Shown in pieces: positions 42,706-52,001 of a stretch of DNA of 64,000 nucleotides. Source of the stretch: an uncultured Kiritimatiellota bacterium (GTDB taxonomy: Bacteria; Verrucomicrobiota; Kiritimatiellia; RFP12; DVOR01); assembly GCA_944389565.1 (NCBI GenBank), contig CALXMV010000005.1, forward strand, positions 1,068-65,067, written 5' to 3'. The translations under genes were made by a program, and so were the position numbers. The notes under the pieces are model-generated. The model was not told where the DNA came from, made no database searches, and saw nothing but the letters and a program-made list of their open reading frames with translations. How positions within the stretch are numbered: the stretch's first letter is position 1; each line of letters opens with the position of its first letter.

Positions 42706-45700
42706 ATGCGACGCGCGATGGTTCTGGCGATGACGTTGGCGGCGGCCGTGGCGGCCGCGGAGTGGCGGGTTTTCCTCGAAGGGGAGCCCGAGCGGCAGAA
42801 ACGCGACGACCGCGTCTTCGAGACGCTCGACCGCCTCTTCCAGGCCGAGGCCGGGGCCACGCCCGAGGACCGGCCGCTCATCGGCCTCTACGCCACGCTG
42901 ACGCTCCGGCGCGCCCAATGGCAGTTCCGCCGCGACGACGCGCCCCCCGAGCCGCCGGTCTGGGAGCCCGGCACGAAGAGCCAGGCGTGGACCCGCGGGC
43001 AGGCCCTGCTGCTCCTGAGGGAACGCACGGCCGCGCTGACCAACGCGTTCGGGCGTTTGGCGCTGACGCCGGCGACGCCTTTCCTCGGCATCTCGCGCGC
43101 CGCCGCCCCGTGCGGCGCGGGGAGCGCGCTGGCCGTGGCGTGGGCGGACCTTTTCGCCGAGGACGGGGATTTGGCGGACGCCGCGGCGGGGAAGGCGCTG
43201 GCCGCCGCGCGGGCGGCGGGCGACGACGCGGCCGAGGCGTGCGTCCGCCTCTCGGCCATCGACCGCCTGCCCCCCGAGGGGCGGCCGGCCGCGCTGAGGG
43301 CCTTCCTGGCCGAACGCACGTGGCCGGCCGACATCCGCGCCCAGGTGTGGCTCGCGCTCGCCGACACGGAGACGAACGCGGTCGAGCGCGTGCGGTTGCT
43401 CGCCGACGCCCACGCCCTCGCCACGCGCCATGACCTCAAGGAGGAGGCGCTTCGGGCGCTCGACGCCATGCGCCGGGCGGAGGTCACCCTCTCGGGGTTT
43501 CCGCGGCTCGTCCTGCCCGGGGAGCCCTTTGCGGTCACGGCCAGCTTCCGCAACGCCGCGCGCCTGTGGGCGCGGACGGACGGCGGGGTCTGGCGGGAAT
43601 GCGCGCTGCCCAAGGCCGAGCCCTACGTCTGGCACGTGGCGGACGTGCGGATGCCCGCGCTGACGCCCGGCGAGCACCGGCTCGACTTCCGCGTGGACCG
43701 CAGCGCCCCCGAACTGCGCGACGCCGTCGAGAGCGTCACCGTCACGGCGGCGCCGTTCGTCGCCGCGCGCGTCAGCGCCGACCCGATTTTGGTTTATGTG
43801 GCCGATCTCGCGACGGGCCGCCCCCTCGCCGGGGCGACGGTCCGGCATCGGGGGCGCGAGGCCGTCACCGGCGCGACGGGGCTCGCCGACCTCGGGCCGG
43901 CACCCGAACGCGGCGGGGGGCACGGCGAGGAGACGCCCCGCGTCACGGTGTCGTGGCGGGGGCAGACGCTCTCGGTGCCCGACAACGTGACGAAGCCTTG
44001 GCGCGCGCGCGGCGACACCCGCTGGGAGACGCTCTCCGACCGCGCGCTTTACCGCCCCGGCGACACGGTGCGCGTGGAGGTCATCGCGCTTGCCGCGCGG
44101 GGGGAAGGTTTCGTGCCGGACGCCGCGCGGGAAGGCCAGGCCGCGACGCTCGTGCTGCGCGGGCAGACGGCCGACGGCCAGCGGGAGCTCGGCGCCCAGG
44201 CGGTGACCTTCTCCCCCACCGGGGCGTGCGACGCGGCCTTCGCGCTGCCCGAGACCTTCTCCGGCTCGCTCTCCCTGGCGCTCCGCGAGGAGGGGGACAA
44301 CGCGCGGGAGCAATCCGTCTCCGTCGGCTTCGCGGAGGTGGCGGCCTTCAAGGCCCCGTCCTTCACCGTCTCCCTGAGGCAGGCGGACGGCGGCGTGCCG
44401 ACCCGCGTGGCGGGCGAGGCGCGCGACCTCACGGGGCTGCCGCTCGCCGGGGCGCGCGTGGCGTGGACGGCGCGGCCAAACGACGGGAGCGGGACGGCGG
44501 GGGGGGAGACGACCGTCGCCGCGGACGGTTCCTTCGCGGTGGAGGTGCCCATCGCCCATCCCGACCGTCCGTTCTTCGCCACCGTTTCGGCCGCCGTGGT
44601 GGCCGCCAACGGCGAACGCCAGGAGGCCCGGCTCTGGGTCGATCGCCCCGCGCATGGCTTCGACTTCGACCTCTTCCCCGACCCTTGGGCCGTGGAGGGG
44701 GAACCCTTCGATGTCGCGATCGGCTCGCGGTGGGGCTCCGCCGGCACGCTCATCGCGCATCCCGCCGGGGACATGGCGGCCACGAACATCCTCGCGCGCG
44801 CCGACTTCCGACTCGCGCCCGACGCAAAGGACGGCGCGCCGGGCGTGTCCCTCCCGCTCACCCTGCCCGCCGGCGCCATGACGCTGGAGGCCGTTTCCGG
44901 GTCCGTGACCAACCGCACCGAGCTGCTCGTGCTGCCGAAAAACGGCGACCTCGCGGTCTTCGGCGCGAACGGCCCGAAGGCGCTCGTCACGACCCGCACC
45001 CGGGACACCGGGGCGCTGGCCGTGGGGGAGACGCTGGAGGGCTTCGCGGCGATCGCCGGCAAGGGCGCCGCCTTCCTGTCCGTGGTCACCCGCGCCGGCC
45101 CCGCGCGGATCGTGCCGTTGGACGGGCCCTTCTTCACGCTTCCCGTGACCGCCGACCTCGCGCCCGCCTTCGCGCTCGTGGTCTACGGGTTCGACGGCGC
45201 GACGCTGCGGCGGGATTCCCGGATGCTCCGCGTGGAACCGCCGGAGGCGCTCACGCTGACCGCCACGCGGTTCGCCGAGGTCGCGCGGCCCGGCTCCGCG
45301 CAGACCTGGGAAATCGCGGTCGACGACCCCGACGCGGAACTCGTCGTCGCCTGCGCCGACGCCGCGCTCGACGCGCTCCGCGCGCCCGCATGGCCGATCG
45401 GCGGGGCGTGGCTCGCCTCGTGGTGGCATTCCCCCTTCGACGACCTGCGCGATTATTTCCCCCCCGCCTATCTCACCGTCTCCGAGCCGCTCCCGAGCGA
45501 TTTCCGCACGCCCTGGGGCCCGACCCGTTTCGTCCCCGAGCCCGCGGCCGCGAACACCGTGACGCTCGGGCCCGTGCCGGTCATCCTGCGCCGCGCGGCG
45601 AAAAGCGAGGCCGCCGCCGCGGAGGATGCCGCCGAGGCGGGCGGGGCCGCCGCGGACGCCGGGCCGCCGCCCTTGCGCCGGGACTTCGCCAAGACCGCGC

Positions 45701-47526
45701 TTTGGGCGCCGCAAAAGCGGTTGGAGGACGGGAAGGCCGTCTTTTCCTTCACCTTGCCGGACACGCTGACCACCTGGCGGCTCCGCGCCTTCGCCTTCAC
45801 GCCCGACGGCCGCATCGGCACGCTGACGCGCGATTGCGTGGCGCGGCTCGACGTGATGCTCCGGCCGTACCTGCCGCGCGTCCTGCGGGTGGGCGACAGC
45901 CTGACGCTCGACGTCGCGCTCACCAACGCCACCGACACGCCGCGCGACACGTGGGTCTCGCTCAACCGCGGCACGCGGCGCCCGGTCCGTCTGCCGCCGG
46001 GAGGGACCGTCTCCGTGCCCTTCGCGGTGCGCGCGCAGCCGGTGCCCGGCACGCAGGTCTTCGCGTTCGAGACGGAGGGCGACGCCGTGCGCCTGGAGAT
46101 CCCCGTGCTCGACGACCGCGTGCCGATCGACGATTTCTACCCCTTCACGCTGGTGGACACGCGGCCGGTGACCCTGCGCGTCTCCGAGCCGGCGGCGGGG
46201 ACGACCCTGACCCTGCGCCTCTCCCCCGCCCCGGCCAAGGCCGTGGCCGACGCGCTCGCCGCGACGCTCGAGGCGCGCTGCGGCAGCTGCGACACCGTCT
46301 TCGAGAAACTCGCGGCCGCGGCGCTCCTCCGGAAACTCGGCATCCCCCGGCCCGTGGCCGACGAGCGCGAGGACAGGTGGCTCGACACGCTCCTCGCGGC
46401 GCGGGAGGGCAGGGCGTGGCCGTGGTTCCCGGGAGGGCGGGCCGACACGTGCGTGACCGCCGAGATCTGCGTGGGCGCGGCGCGCCTCCACATGGCCGGC
46501 CTCTTGCCCGAGGACTTGCGCGAGGCCGTGCTCGACACGCTGGGCTCCGACGCGCCGATGGGCTTCGCCGCCTGGGCGTACGCCCGCGCCGCCTTCGCGG
46601 ACGTCGCGCCGGTGCGGGAGGATCTCTCCGACCGTCTGTTCCGGGCCTATCGCGCGGCCGGGAGCGTGCAGGAGCGCCGGCTGATCGCCATCGCCGCCGC
46701 GCGGCTGGGGGTCCGGCACGTCGCCGAACAGGGGCTCCGGGACCTGCTTGACGCCGCGATCCGCCCGAAGGCCGGCGCGCCGACCAACGACTGGGGGCTC
46801 TGGTGGCCGCAGGAGCGGGTGTGGTGGCGCTGGTGGGACACCCCCATCGAAAGCCACGCCCTCGGGGTGGAACTCCTCCTCGCGGCCGGCCGCGGGGAAG
46901 ACGCCCGCGACGCCGCCCGCTGGCTCCTCCAGCACCGCCGCCTGAACGATTGGGGCAGCGCCCGCGCCACCACGTGGGCGGCCTTCGCCATCCTCGGCGC
47001 CCTCCCGCGCGATGAGGCCGCCGAGGCGCCCCCCGAGATCCTCCGCGAGGACACACCCTTCGCCGGCGGGCGCGCCGTGACCCTCGCGCGCCAGACGCCC
47101 GGCACGACCTTCGGCGCCCTCCACGCCCATTGCACGCTCCCGCTCGGCCAGGTGCCGCCCTCGCCCATGCCGGAGGACGCCGCACTCACCCTGACCCGAA
47201 CCGTCTCCCCCGCCGACGCCAAGGTCGGCGACACCCTCGAGGTCACGCTCACCGTCACCGCCGCGCAGCCTTTCACGCACATCCACCTGCGCGACGAGCG
47301 CCCCGCCGACACCGAGCCGGCCAAGCAGCTACCGCATTGGGACGTCTCCTCCGGCGCGTGGGTCGTCTCGGACGACGTGGGCACCGATTTCTTCCTTGAC
47401 CGGCTCCCGCGCGGCGTGACGGTCTTCCGCTATCGCCTCAGGCGCACGCACGCCGGCGACTGCGCCCCCGGGCTCGCGACGCTCCGCCCCGTCGCCGCGC
47501 CGGACTTCGCCGTGCGGGCGCGGTGA
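42706..47526 (+). CDS. Alpha-2-macroglobulin family protein (1606 aa), no CxEQ thioester motif
   Basis: Signal peptide MRRAMVLAMTLAAAVAAA. Serial MG-like beta-sandwich repeats. None of the Cys residues in the translation is followed by xEQ; the region expected to carry it reads RCGSCDTVFEKL. Confidence 0.8.
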   Translation: MRRAMVLAMTLAAAVAAAEWRVFLEGEPERQKRDDRVFETLDRLFQAEAGATPEDRPLIGLYATLTLRRAQWQFRRDDAPPEPPVWEPGTKSQAWTRGQALLLLRERTAALTNAFGRLALTPATPFLGISRAAAPCGAGSALAVAWADLFAEDGDLADAAAGKALAAARAAGDDAAEACVRLSAIDRLPPEGRPAALRAFLAERTWPADIRAQVWLALADTETNAVERVRLLADAHALATRHDLKEEALRALDAMRRAEVTLSGFPRLVLPGEPFAVTASFRNAARLWARTDGGVWRECALPKAEPYVWHVADVRMPALTPGEHRLDFRVDRSAPELRDAVESVTVTAAPFVAARVSADPILVYVADLATGRPLAGATVRHRGREAVTGATGLADLGPAPERGGGHGEETPRVTVSWRGQTLSVPDNVTKPWRARGDTRWETLSDRALYRPGDTVRVEVIALAARGEGFVPDAAREGQAATLVLRGQTADGQRELGAQAVTFSPTGACDAAFALPETFSGSLSLALREEGDNAREQSVSVGFAEVAAFKAPSFTVSLRQADGGVPTRVAGEARDLTGLPLAGARVAWTARPNDGSGTAGGETTVAADGSFAVEVPIAHPDRPFFATVSAAVVAANGERQEARLWVDRPAHGFDFDLFPDPWAVEGEPFDVAIGSRWGSAGTLIAHPAGDMAATNILARADFRLAPDAKDGAPGVSLPLTLPAGAMTLEAVSGSVTNRTELLVLPKNGDLAVFGANGPKALVTTRTRDTGALAVGETLEGFAAIAGKGAAFLSVVTRAGPARIVPLDGPFFTLPVTADLAPAFALVVYGFDGATLRRDSRMLRVEPPEALTLTATRFAEVARPGSAQTWEIAVDDPDAELVVACADAALDALRAPAWPIGGAWLASWWHSPFDDLRDYFPPAYLTVSEPLPSDFRTPWGPTRFVPEPAAANTVTLGPVPVILRRAAKSEAAAAEDAAEAGGAAADAGPPPLRRDFAKTALWAPQKRLEDGKAVFSFTLPDTLTTWRLRAFAFTPDGRIGTLTRDCVARLDVMLRPYLPRVLRVGDSLTLDVALTNATDTPRDTWVSLNRGTRRPVRLPPGGTVSVPFAVRAQPVPGTQVFAFETEGDAVRLEIPVLDDRVPIDDFYPFTLVDTRPVTLRVSEPAAGTTLTLRLSPAPAKAVADALAATLEARCGSCDTVFEKLAAAALLRKLGIPRPVADEREDRWLDTLLAAREGRAWPWFPGGRADTCVTAEICVGAARLHMAGLLPEDLREAVLDTLGSDAPMGFAAWAYARAAFADVAPVREDLSDRLFRAYRAAGSVQERRLIAIAAARLGVRHVAEQGLRDLLDAAIRPKAGAPTNDWGLWWPQERVWWRWWDTPIESHALGVELLLAAGRGEDARDAARWLLQHRRLNDWGSARATTWAAFAILGALPRDEAAEAPPEILREDTPFAGGRAVTLARQTPGTTFGALHAHCTLPLGQVPPSPMPEDAALTLTRTVSPADAKVGDTLEVTLTVTAAQPFTHIHLRDERPADTEPAKQLPHWDVSSGAWVVSDDVGTDFFLDRLPRGVTVFRYRLRRTHAGDCAPGLATLRPVAAPDFAVRAR

Positions 47527-47541
47527 GCGCGGGCGCCCGCC

Positions 47542-49071
47542 TCACCACTGGGCGTGGTCGAGGGCGCGGTATTGGATGGCCTCGAAGAGGTGCTCGCGGG
47601 CGATGGTCGCCGCGCCGGCGAGGTCGGCGATGGTGCGGGCGACGCGGAGGATGCGGGCGTAGGCGCGGGCGGTGAGGCCGAGGTCGTCCATCGCGTCGCG
47701 CAGGATCCGCGCGGCGGCGGGTTCGAGGGGGCAGAACCGTTGGAGGCCGCCGGGCGGCAGGTCGGCGTTCGTGCGGACGCCGGGGAGCGCGCGGTAACGT
47801 TCGGCCTGGAGGGCGCGGCATCGGAGGACGCGCTCGCGGATGGCGGCGGAGCTCTCGCCGGGGGCCTGGGCGGCCAGGTCGCCGAAGGGCACGGCGGGGA
47901 CCTCGACGTGCAGGTCGATGCGGTCGAGGAGCGGGCCGGAGACGCGGGCGCGGTAACGGCGGATCTGCGGCTCGGTGCAGCGGCAGGCGCGCTTGGGGTC
48001 GCCGGCGAAGCCGCAGGGGCAGGGGTTCATGGCCGCCACGAGCATGAAGTCCGCCGGGAAGGTCAGCGTGCCGGCGGTGCGGGCGATGGTCACCGCGCCA
48101 TCCTCCAGCGGCTGGCGCAGCACCTCGAGCACGTGGCGGTGGAACTCGGGCAGCTCGTCGAGGAAGAGGACGCCGCGGTGCGCCAGGGAGACCTCGCCGG
48201 GGGTGGGGTGGGTGCCCCCGCCGATGAGCCCCGCGTCGCTGACGGTGTGGTGCGGGGCGCGGAAGGGCCGCCGCGCGACCAGCCCGCCGCGCAGGGCCCC
48301 GGCGACGGAGTGGATGGCGGTGACCTCGAGGGCCTCGTCGGGGGTGAGCGGGGGGAGGATGGTGGGGATGCGCCGGGCGATCATCGTCTTGCCGCTGCCG
48401 GGCGAGCCGATGAGCAGGATGTTGTGCCCGCCGGCGACGGCGACCTCGACGGCCCGCCGGGCGAGCGCCTGACCCTTCACGTCCGCGAAGTCCTCCCCGC
48501 CCGCGGCGGCCTGCGCGAAGAGCCGGTCGCGGTCCACGCGGTGGGGCGCGGGCGCCTCGGCGCCGGAGAGGAGCGCCGCCGCGTGCCGCAGGTCCCGCAC
48601 GGGCCAGACGTCGATGCCCTCGACGAGCGCGGCCTCGTCGGCGTTGGCCTCGGGGAGGGCGACGGCCCGGAAGCCGCGCTCGCGCAGGGCCAGGGTGATG
48701 GGCAGGGCCCCGCGGATGCGCCGCACCTCCCCGGAGAGGGCCAGCTCGCCGAGGACGGGCACCTCCCCCAGGAGCGGCAGACGGGCGGCCTCCCGCGCGG
48801 CGAGGAGGGCCAGCGCGATGGGCAGGTCGTAGACGGGGCCCTCCTTGCGCAGGTCGGCGGGGGCGAGATTGATGGTGACGGCCGCCGGCCTGAGCCCGAA
48901 GCCGGAATTGCGCAGCGCCGCCTGGACGCGGTCGACGCTTTCCTTGACGGCGGCGTCCGGCAGGCCGACGACGCGGGTGCGGGGCTCCTCGGAGGCGAGG
49001 GCGTGGACCTCGATCTCGACGGGCTCGGCGCCGATGCCGAGGACCGCGGCGGCGTGGGCTTTCGTCAGCAT
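47542..49071 (-). CDS. comM: YifB/ComM Mg-chelatase-like AAA+ ATPase
   Basis: ATG 49071 in ORF 47542..49782 gives MLTKAHAAAVLGIGAEPVEIEVH. Walker A GSPGSGKT. VLFLDELPEF. Confidence 0.93.
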   Translation of the reverse strand: MLTKAHAAAVLGIGAEPVEIEVHALASEEPRTRVVGLPDAAVKESVDRVQAALRNSGFGLRPAAVTINLAPADLRKEGPVYDLPIALALLAAREAARLPLLGEVPVLGELALSGEVRRIRGALPITLALRERGFRAVALPEANADEAALVEGIDVWPVRDLRHAAALLSGAEAPAPHRVDRDRLFAQAAAGGEDFADVKGQALARRAVEVAVAGGHNILLIGSPGSGKTMIARRIPTILPPLTPDEALEVTAIHSVAGALRGGLVARRPFRAPHHTVSDAGLIGGGTHPTPGEVSLAHRGVLFLDELPEFHRHVLEVLRQPLEDGAVTIARTAGTLTFPADFMLVAAMNPCPCGFAGDPKRACRCTEPQIRRYRARVSGPLLDRIDLHVEVPAVPFGDLAAQAPGESSAAIRERVLRCRALQAERYRALPGVRTNADLPPGGLQRFCPLEPAAARILRDAMDDLGLTARAYARILRVARTIADLAGAATIAREHLFEAIQYRALDHAQW

Positions 49072-49976
49072 GGGGCGGCCTCGCGGGTCAGGGTCGTGGG
49101 GGCGGTGGCGCCGGCGGGGTCCCAGAGCCACGTGGCGAAACCCGGCGCGTGGGGCGGCAGGTCGATGACGCGCACGCCGCTCCGCGGCAGCTCGCGGCGG
49201 TTGGGGCCGCCGGAGTAGCGGCCGTAGACGAGGGGCAGCCCGTGCCAGGCGGCGGCCCCGTCGTGCCCGTGCGCGTGGCCGAAGACCAGCCCGAGGGCGC
49301 GGGGCGATTCGAGCAGGGCGTAGGCCAGGCCGACATTGACGGGCGGCTCGTGGAGCGGGTGCCTGGCCTTGGGCCAGAGCTCGCGCACCTCCGGTGGCGG
49401 GATGTGGCAGAAGCAGAGCCCCGGCGCGCGCGCCTCGGCCAGGCGCGCGCGGAGCCAGGCCACGTGCCCCGGCGTGGCCCAGCCGTAGCCGCCCAGCCGC
49501 GCGCGGGCGGGCATCTCGCGGCGGACGGAGGAATCCTGCGTGTCGAGGAACCAGAGCCACCGCCAGGGCGCGTCGCCCTCGGGCGGCAGGATGGGCAGCG
49601 CGTGGGTGCCGGCGCCGCGCAGGGTCTCGGGCCCGGCCTCCGCCACGCACCCCGGCAGCGCGCGGGCCAGGCGCAGGACCTCGCGGTGGCCGATGCCGCG
49701 GGCGCGGTCGAGGTCGTGGTTGCCCAGGGTGACGCACCAGGGGATCCCGCGCCGGGCCATCGGCGCGGTGAGGCGCGCCCACCCCTCCTCCAGGCGCGGC
49801 GGCTCGACGGCGTCGCCGGTGTGGACGACGAGGTCTGGGCGGAGGGCGTCGAGCGCGGCCTCGAGGAGGGCGTCGACCTCGGCGTGGCCGGGGTCGGCGG
49901 GGTCGTAATGGGTGTCGGTCACCTGGAGCACGCGGAAGGCGCGCCCGGGCTCGCGGATGCGCAGGATCCGGCTCAT
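49065..49976 (-). CDS. Calcineurin-like metallophosphoesterase
   Basis: ATG 49976 in ORF 49065..50144. Motifs DTHYD, GDAVE, GNHD and GHAHGHD. Confidence 0.8.
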   Translation of the reverse strand: MSRILRIREPGRAFRVLQVTDTHYDPADPGHAEVDALLEAALDALRPDLVVHTGDAVEPPRLEEGWARLTAPMARRGIPWCVTLGNHDLDRARGIGHREVLRLARALPGCVAEAGPETLRGAGTHALPILPPEGDAPWRWLWFLDTQDSSVRREMPARARLGGYGWATPGHVAWLRARLAEARAPGLCFCHIPPPEVRELWPKARHPLHEPPVNVGLAYALLESPRALGLVFGHAHGHDGAAAWHGLPLVYGRYSGGPNRRELPRSGVRVIDLPPHAPGFATWLWDPAGATAPTTLTREAAPC

Positions 49977-51832
49977 CGCGTCAGCCCGCCGAGGGTCTCC
50001 AGGGCGCGGACGATGGGTTTGTCGCCGCAGCCCTGCGCGGCCTGCTGCTCGTAGGCGAGCTCGTCGCGGAAGCGTGCCTTCTCGTGGCCGTTGGTGTCGC
50101 GGAGGAACTGGGTGGCGGCCTCGGAGCAGAGGAGGAAGAACCACGGGCTTTGGTCGACGGTCACCGTGGGGAGGCCGTCATAGGAGGGGCTTTTGGCCTT
50201 CCAGTATTTGAGCATGGCGGTGCGGCCGTTGCGTGCGGCGGCGGGGGAGAGGGGGCGTTTGAGGCCGGTGGCGGCGTAGGCGCGCGCGGCGGTGAGCATC
50301 CGGAGCGTCCCGTCGGCGTCCTTCATGGCGCGGTATTCGGCGGCGAGGGCGTTGAAGGTGTCGCCGTCGAGGGGGTTTTGGAGGAAGACGCTTTCGAGGA
50401 GGGCCACGCGGCGCGGGCGCGAGAGGGCGAGCAGGTCGATGACGGCGCGGGCGATGCGGGCGTCCTCGTAGGCGCGGAGGCCTTGGTTGAGGGTGGCGGC
50501 CAGGCCCATGAACCAGCGGTGCTGGGTCGGCTGGGCCGTGCCCGTGGCGGTGAGGGGCGGGTCGAGGAACCAGGGCGCGGTGCTGCCGGTGCCGGTGTAG
50601 GCGTTGTCGCTGCAGCTCATGTGGTAATGGTAGTTGCCCTTCTCGCCGGTGAACCAGAACTTGCCGTCGGGCGGGGCGGCGACGGGGGTGGCCGCCACGT
50701 TGACCGCGTTGAGCCCCCAGGCCCAGGAGCGCCCGCCCTGGTCTTTCTTGGAGCCGTTGTAGATGCGGATGAACTTGTCGGGGTGCCAGTTGCTGCGGGT
50801 GTAGCGGAAGGCCGGCCCCTTGACGTCCACGTTCACGCCGCCGCTGTCGGTGGCCTGCTGGCCGAGCCCGAGCGCGGGGATCTCCTTGTGCTTCTTGAAC
50901 TGCGCGAAGAGGAAGCTCGTCTCGTCGATCTGCGCCAGGTCGGCCAGATAGAGGAGGATGGGCCACTCCGCGCGCTCCATGCGGAAGGCCGGGCGGTTGG
51001 ACGCGCGCGCGGGGATCTGCCCGTTGCGCCAGATCTTGACGAGCGCGGCGCGCTGGGGCGTGGGGGTCATGTCGATGTAGGGCGGGTAGATCTTGCCGCC
51101 GAGGGCCACATGGTCCCAATTCGGGAACTTCGAGAGCATGGGCGGGTCGTCGGGCTTCTTGCGCACCATCATGTTGATCTCGTGCAGGGGCATCGCCATC
51201 AGCTCGGGGATGGTCAGCGGCGGGCGCGTGGAGATGAGCGACTGCGGCCCGGCCACCCACTCGCCCAGCGCCCGCTCCTCGTCGGTGATGCCCTTGGGGT
51301 AATCCGCCTCCGTGGCCAGGGCGAAGTCGCCCCCCTTGCCCTTGCGCGTCTCGGAGACCAGCCGCTCCAGCCGCGCGGGGTTCAGATCCTTCGCCCGATC
51401 CACCTCGAAGGGCTTCGCCCGGTAACGGATCGCGTAGGCCAGGGCCAGCTGCTGCCAGCGCGCCGCGTTCTGCGGGCCCAGGGCCAGCGCCATCCGCTGG
51501 AAGTTCATGATGACGTTCGGGTTCGCCGGCCACTCCGCCGCCGCCGCCGCCGTGAGCACCCCCGGCACGCGCCCCTTCAGCCACTGCCACGTCGCCTCGT
51601 TGATCTTGTCGGGCCCGAACGCCGCCCGCGTCACCGCCTCCACGTAATCCACGTAAGCCTGGCGCAGGGCCGGCGTGAACGCCCCGTCGCCCGCGCGCAA
51701 CGCCTTGTCCACCGCCGCCTTCGCCGTCTCCGGCGTCAACGCCGGCGCCGCCGCGCCGCCCTTCGCCTGCCCCATGGCCACCCCTGCGAGCAGGAGCGCC
51801 ACGCCGACCACGACCATGCCGAACCGTTTCAT
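49973..51832 (-). CDS. Secreted protein of unknown function (619 aa)
   Basis: Signal peptide MKRFGMVVVGVALLLAGVAMG. Ordinary globular composition. 4-nt overlap with the downstream metallophosphoesterase gene. Confidence 0.75.
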   Translation of the reverse strand: MKRFGMVVVGVALLLAGVAMGQAKGGAAAPALTPETAKAAVDKALRAGDGAFTPALRQAYVDYVEAVTRAAFGPDKINEATWQWLKGRVPGVLTAAAAAEWPANPNVIMNFQRMALALGPQNAARWQQLALAYAIRYRAKPFEVDRAKDLNPARLERLVSETRKGKGGDFALATEADYPKGITDEERALGEWVAGPQSLISTRPPLTIPELMAMPLHEINMMVRKKPDDPPMLSKFPNWDHVALGGKIYPPYIDMTPTPQRAALVKIWRNGQIPARASNRPAFRMERAEWPILLYLADLAQIDETSFLFAQFKKHKEIPALGLGQQATDSGGVNVDVKGPAFRYTRSNWHPDKFIRIYNGSKKDQGGRSWAWGLNAVNVAATPVAAPPDGKFWFTGEKGNYHYHMSCSDNAYTGTGSTAPWFLDPPLTATGTAQPTQHRWFMGLAATLNQGLRAYEDARIARAVIDLLALSRPRRVALLESVFLQNPLDGDTFNALAAEYRAMKDADGTLRMLTAARAYAATGLKRPLSPAAARNGRTAMLKYWKAKSPSYDGLPTVTVDQSPWFFLLCSEAATQFLRDTNGHEKARFRDELAYEQQAAQGCGDKPIVRALETLGGLTR

Positions 51833-51891
51833 GGCCTTACCTTACCAAATCCCCCCGGGGAAGACAAGCCGGGCGGATCGGCGGATCGGCC

Positions 51892-51997
51892 CCCTCCCGA
51901 CTCTCGGGCCGAACCCCTTAGGGTTTTGCCCCAAACCCTCCCGACTTTGGGGTCGAACCCCTTAGGGTTTTGCCCCAAACCCTCCCGACTCTCGGGG
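51892..51997. repeat. REP-like repeat cluster, locus C: 44-bp unit in tandem, about 2.4 copies
   Basis: Unit CCCTCCCGACTYTSGGGNNCGAACCCCTTAGGGTTTTGCCCCAAA, starting at 51892, 51936 and 51980. Confidence 0.9.
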
Positions 51998-52001
51998 CGG
52001 G

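Noticed and set aside
38101-47286. A 3061-aa minus-strand ORF spanning gltB and the alpha-2-macroglobulin gene. Similar giants occur at 24151..31146 (-), 23946..27935 (+), 15296..18337 (+), 5693..8173 (-), 53152..56124 (-), 57091..59961 (-), 11859..14168 (+) and 260..2467 (-).
   Set aside because: Their translations are dominated by Arg, Gly, Pro and Ala runs with no recognisable motifs. They lie antisense to, or out of frame with, genes carrying unmistakable conserved signatures. Stop codons are rare in off-frames of roughly 70% GC DNA. These ORFs break up exactly where GC falls (56-57.6 kb), as expected for compositional artefacts.
47527-47541. The 12-nt palindrome GCGGGCGCCCGC between the convergent A2M and comM stops, considered as a terminator.
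   Set aside because: It leaves no loop, has no flanking T or A tracts, and such GC palindromes are expected by chance at this composition.
51892-51997. The possibility that the 44-bp repeats are a small CRISPR array.
   Set aside because: Units are directly adjacent, with at most 8 nt between conserved cores, so there are no unique spacers. There are no cas genes in the window. The same unit is dispersed singly at other loci, which fits REP or MITE-like behaviour.
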